Below, piece after piece: positions 13,401-25,067 of a stretch of DNA of 64,000 nt. The DNA is taken from NCBI RefSeq assembly GCF_032444005.1, contig NC_091282.1, positions 184,698,001 to 184,762,000 on the forward strand. Reading direction: 5' to 3'. The DNA comes from Ranitomeya imitator. Its lineage: Eukaryota. A model generated the notes under the pieces. The model saw only the letters and a program-made list of their open reading frames with translations. It was not told the origin of the DNA and did no database searches. Position 1 is the first letter of the stretch. Every line of letters starts with the position of its first letter. Made by a program: the position numbers and the translations under genes.

Positions 13401-14249
13401 AGAAATGTCAATCTTAATCTCCCACAAAAAAAACAAACAAAAAAAACAGGGAGTGTCCAACAATTACTATCTCCCTGCAGTAATCTCAGCCAGGTATGGC
13501 AGGCAGCAATAAGGAGTGGACTGATGCACAAATTAAATAAAAAGTGTGGACAAACAAACAAGATAGCTGTGCAGAAAGGAAGGAACAAGAGGATTTGTGC
13601 TTTGAAAAAAGCAGTTGGTTTGCACAGCGGCGTACACACAGCAATGCAGCTATCAGGGAGCCTTCTAGGGCAGCCCAATGAGCTACAGCGCTGAGGGGAA
13701 AAAAAAAATGTAGCTTCCACTGTCCCTGCACACCGAAGGTGGTGTTGGGCAGTGGAAATCGCTACAGCACAAGCGGTTTGGTGGTTAACCCCTTAGTGAC
13801 AGAGCCAATTTGGTACTTAATGACCGAGCCAATTTTTGCAATTCTGACCACTGTCACTTTATGAGGTTATAACTCTGGAACGCTTCAACGGATCCCGCTG
13901 ATTCTGAGATTGTTTTTTCGTGACATATTGTACTTCATGTTAGTGGTAACATTTCTTCGATATTACTTGCGATTATTTATGAAAAAAACGGAAATATGGC
14001 GAAAATTTTTAAAATTTTGCAATTTTCAAACTTTGTATTTTTATGCCCTTAAATCAGAGAGATATGTCACGAAAAATAGTTAATAAATAACATTTCCCAC
14101 ATGTCTACTTTACATCAGCACAATTTTGGAAACAAAATTTTTTTTTGTTAGGGAGTTATAAGGGTTAAAAGTTGACCAGCAATTTCTCATTTTTACAACA
14201 CCATTTTTTTTTAGGGACCACATCACATTTGAAGTCATTTTGAGGGGTC

Positions 14250-16600
14250 TATATGATAGAAAATAATGAAGTGTGACACCATTCTAAAAACTACACCCCT
14301 CAAGGTTCTCAAAACCACATTCAAGAAGTTTATTAACCCTTTACGTGCTTCACAGGAACTGAAACAATGTGGAAGGAAAAAATGAACATTTAACTTTTTT
14401 TTGCAAACATCTTAATTCAGAACCATTTTTTTTATTTTCACAAGTGTAAAAACAGAAATGTAACCATAAATTTTGTTATGCAATTTCTCCTGAATACTCC
14501 AATACCCCATATGTGGGGGTAAACCACTGGTAGGGCGCACCGCAGAACTTAGAAGTGAAGGAGCGCCGTTTTACTTTTTCAATGTTGAATTGGCTGGAAT
14601 TGAGATTGGATGCCATGTCGCGTTTGGAGAGCCCCTGATGTGCCTAAACAGTGGAAACCCCCCACAAGTGACACCATTTTGGAAACTAGACCCCTTAAGG
14701 AACTTATCTAGATGTGTGGTGAGCACTTTGAACCCCCAAGTGCTTCACAGAAGTTTATAACGTAGAGCCGTGAAAATAAAAAAATCGCTTTTGTTTACAC
14801 AAAAATGATCTTTTTGCCCACAAATTCTTATTTTCACAAGGGTAACAGGAGAAATTAGACCACAAAAGTTGTTGTGCGATTTCTCCTGAATACGTCGATA
14901 CCCCATATGTGAGGGTAAACCACTGTTTGGGCGCACCGCAGAGCTTGGAAGTGAAGGAGCGCCGTTTTACTTTTTCAATGTAGAATTGGCTGGAATTGAG
15001 ATTGGACGCCATGTCGCGTTTGGAGAGCCCCTGATGTGCCTAAACAGTGGAAACCCCCCACAAGTGACACCATTTTGGAAACTAGACCCCTTAAGGAACT
15101 TATCTAGATGTGTGGCGAGCACTTTGAACCCCCATGTGCTTCACAGAAGTTTATAACGTAGAGCCGTGAAAAAAAAAAAAATCGCATTTTTTCTACAAAA
15201 ATGATCTTTTTGCCCACAAATTTTTATTTTCACAAGGGTAACAGGAGAAATTAGACCACAAAAGTTGTTGTGCAATTTCTCCTGAGTACGCTGATACCCA
15301 ATATGTGGGGGTAAACCACTGTTAGGGCGCACCGCAGAGCTTGGAAGAGAAGGAGTGCCGTTTTACTTTTTCAATGTAGAATTGGCTGGAATTGAGATCG
15401 GACGCCATGTCGCGTTTGGAGAGCCCCTGATGTGCCTAAACAGTAGAAATCCCCCACAAGTGACCCCATTTTGGAAACTAGACCCCCCATGGAACTTATC
15501 TAGATGTGTGGTGAGAACCTTGAATGCCCAAGTGCTTCACAGAAGTTTATAATGCAGAGCCGTGAAAATAAAAAATATTTTTTTTTTCCACAAAAAAGAT
15601 ATTGTAGCCCCCAAGTTTTTATTTTTACAAGGGTAACAAGAGAAATTGGACCCCAAAAGTTGTTGTCCAATTTGTCTTGAGTATGCTGGTACCCCATATG
15701 TGGGGGTAAACCACTGTTTGGGCGCACGGCAGAGCTCGGAAGGAAGGAGCGCCGTTTTGGAATGCAGACTTTGATAGAATGGTCTGCGGGTATTATGTTG
15801 CATTTGCAGAGCCCCTGATGTACCTAACCAGTAGAAACCCTCCACAAGTGACCCCATTTTGGAAACTAGACCCCCAAGGAACTTATCTAGATGTGTGGTG
15901 AGAACTTTGAATGCCCAAGTGCTTCACAGAAGTTTAGAATGCAGAGTCGTGAAAATAAAAAATATTTTTTTTTCACAAAAAAGATTTTGTAGCCCCCAAG
16001 TTTTTATTTTCACAAGGGTAACAGGAGAAATTGGACTGCAATAGTTGTTGTCCAATTTATCCCGAGTACGCTGATGTGCCATATGTGGGGGTAAACCACT
16101 GTTTGGGCGCACGGCAGAGCTCGGAAGGGAAGGAGCGCCTTTTTGGAATGCAGACTTTGATAGAATGGTCTGTGGGCATTATGTTGCGATTGCAGAGCCC
16201 CTGATATACCTAAACTGTAGTAACCCCCCACAAGTGACCCCATTTTGGAAACTAGACCCCCCAAGGAACTTATCTAGATGTGTGGTGAGAACTTTGAATG
16301 CCCAAGTGCTTCACAGAAGTTTAGAATGCAGAGTCGTGAAAATAAAAAATATTTTTTTTTTCACAAAAAAGATTTTGTAGCCCCCAAGTTTTTATTTTCA
16401 CAAGGGTAACAAGAGAAATTGGACCCCAGAAGTTGTTGTCCAATTTATCCCGAGTACATTGATGCCCCATATGTGGGGGTAACCCACTGTTTGGGCGCAC
16501 GGCAGAGCTCAGAAGGGAGGGAGCACCATTTGACTTTTTGAGCGCAAAATTGGCTGTCGTGTTTGGAGACCCCCTGATGTACCTAAACAGTGGAAACCCC
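14250..16600. repeat. ~392-bp satellite-like tandem repeat (about 6 units) inside the piggyBac-like element
   Basis: ggaaactagacccc recurs at about 14681, 15076, 15472, 15861 and 16248. Confidence 0.9.
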
Positions 16601-16609
16601 CCAATTCTA

Positions 16610-17523
16610 GCTCCAACCCCTAACCCTAATCCCAACCTGATCCATAATCCTAATCACTAACCCTAACCATAATCACAACCCTTACCCCAAAACAACCCTA
16701 ATGTCAACCCTAACCATAACCCTAATCAAAACCCTAAATCCAACACACCCCTAATCCTAATCTCAACCCTAACCTCAAACCTAACCCTAATCCCAATACA
16801 CCCCTAATCACAACCCTAACCTTAACCCTAATCCCAAACCTAACCCTAATCCCAAGCGTAACCCTAATGCCAACCCTAACCCTAATACCAACCCTAATCC
16901 AAACCCTAAACCTAATCCCAGCTCTAACCCTAACTTTAGCCCCAACCCTAGCCCTAACTTTAGCCCCAACCCTAACCCTAGCCCTAAGGCTACTTTCACA
17001 CTTGCGTTGTTTGGCATTCCGTCGCAATCCGTCGTTTTGGACAAGAAACGGATCCTGCAAATGTGCCCGCAAGATGCGTTTTTTGCCCATAGTATTGCCG
17101 ACGGATCGTGACGGATGGCCACACGTCGCGTCCGTCGTGCACTGGATCAGTTGTGTTTTGGCGGAGCGTCGGCACAAAAAAACGTTCAATGAAACGTTTT
17201 TTTGTACGTCGCATCCGCCATTTCTGACCGCGCATGCATGGCCGTAACTCCGCCCCCTCCTCCCCAGGACATAGATTGGGCAGCGGATGCGTTGAAAAAC
17301 TACAGCTGCTGCCCACGTTGTGCACAATTTTCACAACGTGCGTCGGTATGTCGGGCCGACGCATTGCGACGGCCCCGTACCGACGTAAGTGTGAAAGAAG
17401 CCTAACCCTAAATTTAGCCCCAACCCTAACCCTAAATTTAGCCCCAACCCTAACCCTAAATTTAGCCCCAACCCTAGCCCTAACCCTAGCCCTAACCCTA
17501 CCCCTAGCCCTACCCCTAACCTA
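16610..17523. repeat. Degenerate telomere-like (CCCTAA)n array, interrupted by a MITE and running into the gap
   Basis: CCCTAA, CCCTAG and CCCCAA hexamers, including a 24-bp higher-order unit ccccaaccctaaccctaaatttag. Confidence 0.9.
16988..17402. mobile_element. PIF/Harbinger-type MITE (415 bp)
   Basis: TIRs ggctactttcacactt and aagtgtgaaagaagcc (one mismatch); TAA TSD at 16985-16987 and 17403-17405. Confidence 0.88.
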
Positions 17524-17890
17524 NNNNNNNNNNNNNNNNNNNNNNNNNNNNNNNNNNNNNNNNNNNNNNNNNNNNNNNNNNNNNNNNNNNNNNNNNNNNN
17601 NNNNNNNNNNNNNNNNNNNNNNNNNNNNNNNNNNNNNNNNNNNNNNNNNNNNNNNNNNNNNNNNNNNNNNNNNNNNNNNNNNNNNNNNNNNNNNNNNNNN
17701 NNNNNNNNNNNNNNNNNNNNNNNNNNNNNNNNNNNNNNNNNNNNNNNNNNNNNNNNNNNNNNNNNNNNNNNNNNNNNNNNNNNNNNNNNNNNNNNNNNNN
17801 NNNNNNNNNNNNNNNNNNNNNNNNNNNNNNNNNNNNNNNNNNNNNNNNNNNNNNNNNNNNNNNNNNNNNNNNNNNNNNNNNNNNNNNNNN
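17524..17890. other. Assembly gap (367 N)
   Basis: Run of N. Confidence 1.
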
Positions 17891-19059
17891 GCTGTTCTCC
17901 TGCCGGCCGGCAGATGGAGACAGATGGCGGGCGCACTGGGCATGCGTCCGCCATGTTCTTCTGCCGGCGGCCAGGAGGAGCAGCAAGAGGATCCAGGGAC
18001 CTAGGTGAGTATGCTAGGGTCCCCGAATCCCCCTATTTCTCTGTCCTCTGATGTGCGATCACATCAGAGGACAGAGAATTACACTTTACTTTTTTTTTTT
18101 TTTTTTTGCGGTCGCCGGTAAACAGTTAATTACCGGCGATCGCAAAACAGGGGTCGCTAAAACCGACCCCTGATCATGCTCTTTGGGGTCTCGGCTACCC
18201 CAGGCAGCCGAGACCCCAAAGATTCTCCCGGTGCCGGCCGGCGGGCGCACTGCGCATGCGCCCGCCATTTTGAAGATGGCGGCGCCCACCGGGAGACACG
18301 AGGAGCATCGGGGGAGCTAGGTGAGTATTGGGGGGCCACCTGGGACCCCTTTTCTCTGTCCTCCGATGTGCGATCACATCGGAGGACAGAGAAATTAAAA
18401 AGAGATCGCTTTTTTTTTTTTTTTTTTTTTTTTGCGATCGCCGGTAAACGGTTAATTACCGGCGATCGCAAATGCGGGGAGGGTTAAAAACCCCCCGAAT
18501 CATGTTCTCTGGGGTCTCGGCTACCCTCGGCAGCCGAGACCCCGGAGAAAATCGGCCTGTGGGGGGCGCTATACACTTTTTCCACAGCGCCGTTAATTAA
18601 CGGCGCTGTGGTTTAAGTACCCTTAGCGGCCGCCGTTAAAAGGCGTATCGGCGGTCGCTAAGGGGTTAATGGACCCTGCCTAACGCTATCCCTGCTTCTG
18701 ACGAAGCGGCAGCAACCTCTCCCTAAGCTCAGATCAGCAGCAGTAACATGGCGGTCGGCGGGAATGCCCCTTTATAGCCCCTGTGACGCCGCAGACAGCA
18801 AGCCAATCACTGCAATGCCCTTCTCTAAGATGGTGGGGACCAGGACCTATGTCATCACGCTGCCCACACTCTGCGTTTACCTTCATTGGCTGAGAAATGG
18901 CGCTTTTCGCGTCATTGAAACGCGACTTTGGCGCGAAAGTCGCGTACCGCATGGCCGACCCCGCACAGGGGTCGGATCGGGTTTCATGAAACCCGACTTT
19001 GCCAAAAGTCGGCGACTTTTGAAAATAAACGACCCGTTTCGCTCAACCCTAGTGGACAC

Positions 19060-19479
19060 TGTTCTCTTTGTAGACATGTTGAAGTATCAAGGACATTCAG
19101 GAGCTCAGTAACTGGCAGGATCTTCTCAATAAGACAATTTGCCAACTGTAGAACTGTGGGGGTGGTATACCTGTGTACATGTCCTTGCCCCAAGGATTAT
19201 GTCGGTAAAACAAAACGTGAACTTCGTGTTCGCATTCGCGAACACCTTGGTGATATCAAACATGGCAGGGATACCCCAGTTGCCCGACACATCAACACTG
19301 TGCATGGGGGTAACCCTGGATGCCTTTCTTTTAAGGTCATTGAGGTCAGCACGTCCTCAGTGAGACTTGGGGATTGGGATAGACGTATTTTACAGCGAGA
19401 GACAAGGTGGATTTATCTGTTAAAATCTATGAGCCCCCTGGGCCTCAATGAGCAGTTGTCCTTTGTTAGTTTTATTTAG
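19060..19479 (+). CDS. Penelope-like element linker Zn-knuckle and GIY-YIG endonuclease, 3' part of the split ORF
   Basis: (C)GHCSLC, GVVYLCTCPCPKDYVGKTKRELRVRIREH and RETRWIYLLKSMSPLGLN. In frame with 901-2694 once one TSD copy is removed. Confidence 0.93.
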   Translation, partial: CSLCRHVEVSRTFRSSVTGRIFSIRQFANCRTVGVVYLCTCPCPKDYVGKTKRELRVRIREHLGDIKHGRDTPVARHINTVHGGNPGCLSFKVIEVSTSSVRLGDWDRRILQRETRWIYLLKSMSPLGLNEQLSFVSFI

Positions 19480-20292
19480 CCGTCTTATGTGGTCTTACAT
19501 TTTGGAGCATCTCAAGTTAGCCATATATATTTATACATTTCTTATAAATTGTCGATCATATTATTTGATTGTGTAACATTTTGCACATATATGACTTTAT
19601 GTCTTCTTCTTTTTTATTTTTTGTCCAATTGTTATTTCACTACTTATTTCCCCCGTGTCTGGTATATTTTAAGACGCCATCAGCGCATTAAAAAATAAAT
19701 TAGTAGGGCGGGTGTGTGTGTTTTTTGTATCATTGGTAGTACAGTTGCTACCACACACTTAATGCCCCCCTGAATTATGAGAGCTCTAGGTTCCCGTTTA
19801 TAAACTATAATTTACAGCTTGTAACTTGGGGTATTGTCCCCGTTGTTCCTAGTGCGCAAGCGCAGCTGCTTCGGCCATGTTTTTGAGGCCGGTTCCATTT
19901 TCTCAGCTGCGCACCCTCTAGTGCATGGACGTTATATCCAGCTCCTGCACTTGCGCTGTGGGTCTATCACTATGAGCCGGCTTCAGCGTCGTAGCCACGT
20001 ACTCCTTAATGTGTTCATATCACATCCGGCTTGTGTATTAACACCGCCGGTCTCTTACTGTGGAGCGCATATTGCGTTCCAGGTGGCTTTGTGACGCCAT
20101 TTCTGGCTTGTGTATTAATGCGGCCGGTTTCCTAGTGTGGAGCGCATATTGCGTTCCAGGCGGCTCAGTGACGCCATTTCCGGCCTGCTCCACGTGGAAT
20201 TGGCGTTCTTTAACCATGGCATTGCTATAAAAGAGGGGAATGTGGTGAGTGCTTATTACCTCTACAGCTCCTGCATTTTCTGTGTAGCTGCC

Positions 20293-20349
20293 TAACCCCT
20301 GATGAACCCCTGTCATCCCCAAATGGGGGGGGAAACGCGTCGGGCATTA
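20293..20349 (+). ncRNA. Minimal type I hammerhead ribozyme of the kind associated with Penelope elements
   Basis: ccc-CTGATGA (20299-20305), C-rich/G-rich stem II, then GAAAC GC GTC (20332-20341) followed by ggg. Stem III is the palindrome ACGCGT. Located in the PLE 3' region. Confidence 0.75.
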
Positions 20350-21568
20350 CCTGGGGACTTACGGGCATTACCTGGGGACTTACTGACAGACTATGGTCAC
20401 GATGACATCCATTCTTCCACATGGACTTCTGGGTCTAATTGGAAAGGCCATAATACACCTCAACAAATAGATGAGTATAGCGGTTACACATCTTTATGCA
20501 TACTGTCTATGTGGTCAGAACGATTGTGTTCAAGTACCCTGAGGATTGTAAAAGAGGTGTATATATATGCTAAAATTATCTGCCTACCATGGTTTTCTAT
20601 TTATTACCTGGTGGATCCATGTCTTTAGGAGTATCTGTCCTATCATGATGAATGACATGCTGCCTTTTCACTGGTATATAAATATTGCACATTGATGTGG
20701 ATCCAGTGTTTTGTTGAAAGGCTATTTGGTGGCATTTAGCACTTGTCTCTTGCTGAATATTATGATAATTTGGGAGTAGTGTGACAAATACACATTTTTT
20801 GTCATCTTACATATTCTGTCTATTTTTTCATTTTTTGCTGGTCAGATTAATCCAATTTGGACAAGATATATCTTTACACTCCGTTATACCCAGTTATCTG
20901 TAAGGGTATTTACTGTGGTGGTATATATTGTTATGCGACACCCACCATATATTGCTATATAAAACTGTGATAGCAATCGATCTCTCTTTTTTTCTTTTTA
21001 TTATTTTTTTGTATTTCATTTCTCCATTTTTTTGTGTTTTTTTCACGGGTATCGGAGGTGTATGTGGGACATTATCTTTTGTCTATCCCTATTATAGGGA
21101 CTGTGAGGGACCCTAGGGTCAGCCGCCGAGGAGTGGGGGCGCCTACCGCAGAAAATTAGGGTGCCAACCTCCACTGGTAGGTAGTTGTCAGCATAGGATT
21201 GTACTTTAGGGCTCACTAGGTTTCCTGTATTACAGGCCTTTTTAGGGATTTAAAAGGGTGAGCCGTCGAGGAGTGGGGGCGCCAACCACGGTAAATTAGG
21301 GCGCCAACCTCCACTGACAGGCAGGATTTATTGTAGTCCGTTTTAGGGTTCTTTAGGTACACTTTGTACTTTTTTACTATATGTGATATATAAAGTCTTC
21401 TATTTTTAACTACTGCGATTAAAAGTTATTTTTTAGGGATCCTTGTTTTTTCTGGTTTGGTTTTCTATTGCTCTAGGGTTCCAAATTATTCAGTTGTTTG
21501 GTTTTCTTTAGTGCTTTTTTTTAATGTCTGATGTATGCAACTGTTTACCCTTAAAGTAGCATATTATA

Positions 21569-23100
21569 CAGTGCCTTTAAAAAGTATTCATACCCCGTGC
21601 ATTTTCCCTCATTTTTTCATGTTATAACCACAAACTTAAATGTATTTTATTATGATTTTATGTGACATGACAATACAAAGTAGCAAGTGTTTGTGAAATG
21701 TATAGGAAATTATACATGATTTTCTAAATATTTTAAAAATATAAATTTGAAAATTGTGACGTGCATTTGTATTCAACCCCCATGAGGCAATACTTTGTAA
21801 GACTGCCTTTCGCTGCAATTACTGCTGCAAGCCTTTTCGGGTATGTCACTACCAGCTTTGCACATGTAGAGGCTGACATTTTTGCCTATTCTTCTTGCAA
21901 AGTAGCTCTATCTCAGTAAGTTTGGTTGAAGAACGTCTATGAACAGCAAATTTCAAGTCTTGCCGCAGATTCTCAATGGGATTTAGGTCTGGCATGTGAC
22001 TGGGCCATTCACACACACATGAATATGCTTTTATCTAAGCCATTCCAATGTAGCTCTGGCAGTATGTTTAGGGTCATTGTCCTGCTGAAAGGTGAATCTA
22101 CGCCCCTGTCTCAACTCTTTTGCAACCTCTTAACAGGTTTTCCTCTAGGATTGCCCTATGTTTTGGTGCCATCCATCTCCCCATCACCTCTGAACAGCAT
22201 TCCTGTCCCTGCTGAAGAAAAGCATCCCAACAGCATGATGTTGCCACCACAATGTTTGACAGTGGGGATGGTGTTCAGTGTAATTTCCAGTGTTAATTTT
22301 TCACCACATATAGCGTATTGAATTTAGCCCAATAAGTTCTACTTTTGTCTCTTCTTACCAGAGAATATTCTTTCACATGGTAGCAGTGTCCCCTACACAG
22401 CTTTTTGCAAATTGCAAATGGCACTTTTTATGGCTTGCTTTAAAAAATGCCACCCTTGCATAAAGGACAGATTTGTGAAGTACTGTATGTGACAAATCGT
22501 TGTTCTGTGAGCAGGTTCTCCCACCTGAGCTATGGATCTCTGCAGCTGCTCCAGAGTGACCAGTATGTAGCTTGTCTAATTAGTGCTCATCTTGCTTGAG
22601 ATGTCAGTTTAGGTGGACGGCCATGTCTTGGGAGGTTTGCAGTTGTGCTATACTCCTTCCATTTTTGGATGATGAATTGAATAGTGCTCTGTGAAATGTT
22701 CGGAGCTTGGGCTATTAATTTATAACATAACTCTGCTTTAATCTACTCCATAACTCGATCCCAGACCTGTCTGGTGTGTTCAGTCGTTTCCATGTTGCTG
22801 TTTGATCCCTAATGTTCTCCAACAAACCTCTGGGGCCTTCACAGAACAGCTGTAGTTATGCTGAAAGTAAATGACACACAGGTGGACTCAATTTACTAAT
22901 AATGTCACTTCTGGAGGCATTTGGTCACTCAGAATTTTATTTATGGGTATCAGACTACAGGGGACTGAATACAAATGCAAGTTACAGTTTTCAGATTTAT
23001 ATTTTTTAAATACTTAGAAAACCAGTATCATTTCCTTTATACTTCACAATTACTAGCTACTTTGTGTTGGTATATCACATAAAATACATTTAAGTTTGTT
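21569..23100 (-). mobile_element. Decayed Tc1 element
   Basis: TA|CAGTG terminus at 21569; degraded FQQDNDP and [10 protein letters not shown]-like coding on the minus strand. Right boundary is approximate. Confidence 0.82.
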
Positions 23101-23254
23101 GGCAGATACTTTAATTGGAGGTGTACATCTCTCAATGTATGCCTTACTCTTAATACCTCCTTCCAAAAACAAGATGTAAACAGACCCTTAGAGAGGCTCT
23201 TCTAGGACATGACAGAATCAATAGATTGTCATTTTGGTCCTGGATCAATCTATC

Positions 23255-23926
23255 TGTCACTACACAGCTGTCGGGTGACCCGGGACCAGGGGTTCCTTCC
23301 CTGTCCTTAACACTAGGGAGTGCCCTAGCTCGTCGTACTCCCCGGGATACTTCTGAAAGTGAAGATGCCGGGGCTTCCACCCTTCCCTTATCTCCTGAGT
23401 TAGCCGTCTGTCTGTTCTCTTCCCCCACCCAGGGAAGAGGGGGCTTTACTGTGCATCATATTCAACCCAACCAACAAGGCAACACAATCAAAGGTTAACA
23501 GAAAACTCCAGGCATGCAAAATATTCACTCACATATAACAGAGGAGTGCACCGGGGTGTGAAGGTAGGGGAATAAACAAAAATAGAGAAGGATAAGGAAT
23601 TACCATGCATACAAACCAAGCAACAATCACTAATAACTCCTTCAACTCTCCTTCTCATACGAACTCCACTCCCACCGATAGCCATGCAGCAAATGCTAGC
23701 TCTGATGAGGATTACTAACAGAGCCCAGATTATAAAGGTAAAAGGAGAGGCTAACCGAGCACAGCTGTATGCACATGGATTTCCAATATGGCCGATTAAC
23801 CCCTGTTCTGCCAGAAGAAATAAACACATTTAAAATAAAGGAGAAGTGCTTCTTCTCAGCGCAGGAGTAGGAGCAATCAGACACTGTGGTCTTCTGACTC
23901 CACACTGTTGCAGTAACCCCATGACA
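23255..23926. mobile_element. Solo LTR (672 bp)
   Basis: TGTCA...TGACA termini; 5-bp TSD CTATC at 23250-23254 and 23927-23931. Confidence 0.88.
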
Positions 23927-24326
23927 CTATCAGAACAAGCCCTTTCCATGTGCCCTATTGAAGCATATGGACATTACAGAAGGGGTTACAGAAGGGAAAA
24001 CTCATGAGTACACATGAGCCGGACAACTTTCCCAGCTGTTTCCTTGGATCACAGAAGAATAGATATTAAATTGATTATCTATTATGAAACAACTATTTGC
24101 TATTTACTATTCTGAAATACCCAAGCGGTGGTGCTTTTTTATTAGCTGAAAATAAAGATTTATATATTTTTTATATCAGTAAGTTTAATTTTATATATGC
24201 TGGAAACACAATGTATTTTAGTTAACATTGCTGAAAAGGTGTGTATATGGCAGATATGTGCATGATGTAGACATATGGATTAAGAGTGCCAACATGACAA
24301 ACTATAAAACAGATTTATAAACTTAC

Positions 24327-24392
24327 CACACCAAAAATACCAATTCCTGATCCTATGGTCGTCATTGTTGGAATTATATCAAATTTTCCTCC
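24327..24392 (-). CDS. P2RX1: P2X purinoceptor 1, exon equivalent to exon 10 (66 bp)
   Basis: ag|GGKFDIIPTMTTIGSGIGIFGV|gtaagt, nearly identical to mammalian P2X1 at the TM2 entry as I recall it. Confidence 0.93.
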
Positions 24393-25067
24393 CTATAAGG
24401 TAAATATTGGAGATATTGTTTTGCTATGTACATCAGAAAGTTGCTTCCCCTGCTGCACATGACCTTAAACTGAGTTCCATAAACTACGTAGGCTCATTGC
24501 ATAATGTTAACAAGATATACCTACTCATGGTATGATGTCGTATCATTGATGGGTACAGCATGTATATTCATTTATCAACATTCAATATCAATAAATAACA
24601 TTTATGTGTAAGAAAATTGAAACCATTTTAATCCCATTACCAGAGCTATAGCTAGGCGTTCCTTCACATAGGGCAAAAGGATCAATGTGCTGCCCTTACC
24701 CTCACTAATTACCTTGGCCCATGCAGTGTGGCTTGTGGTCGCCCTGTTTACGCTCTTGCTGTCACAAAGCACATAGGTCAAATGCACCAGTTTTCCCCCC
24801 CCAGATATTGGAGTTCTATATGATTGGTAGGACAGCAATGACATTTTGATAATGCCAAAAAACTTTCATTAAAAAGTTAAAAAAAATTTCCTCGAATATA
24901 ATACAAATTCTTCTTTCCATATACAACAGCTGTTTTAAAGCAACAGGGGGAGAGGAGTGCAAGGAAGCAAAGATCATACACAATACTAGTTTTGTTCTAG
25001 TGTATTAGTCTTTGATGTGGGGTGTATTCATTTTCATTTCATTTCACCTAATTTGAGTAAACCTTAA

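Larger units (their letters stand above)
13789..18665 (+). mobile_element. piggyBac-like non-autonomous element nested in the hAT
   Basis: TTAA TSD at 13785-13788 and 18666-18669; termini CCCCTTAG and CTAAGGGG. Removing it restores ggtggTTAAtggaccc. No transposase ORF is visible. Confidence 0.88.
2695..19051 (-). mobile_element. Large hAT DNA transposon, 16,357 bp including nested insertions and the gap
   Basis: 13-bp TIRs TAGGGTTGAGCGA (2695-2707) and TCGCTCAACCCTA (19039-19051). 8-bp TSD GTAGACAC (2687-2694) and GTGGACAC (19052-19059) with one mismatch. Internal hAT transposase. Confidence 0.95.

Noticed and set aside
16734-17954. ORFs with LGLGLG, VRVRVG or TLTL repeats and ORFs spanning X runs
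   Set aside because: They are translations of the CCCTAA array and of the N gap, not genes.
21115-21325. Possible twister or HDV-like ribozyme
   Set aside because: AGTG/CACT and GGCGCC stems recall twister P1/P2, but I could not place the L4 or pseudoknot elements; kept only as an unnamed motif.
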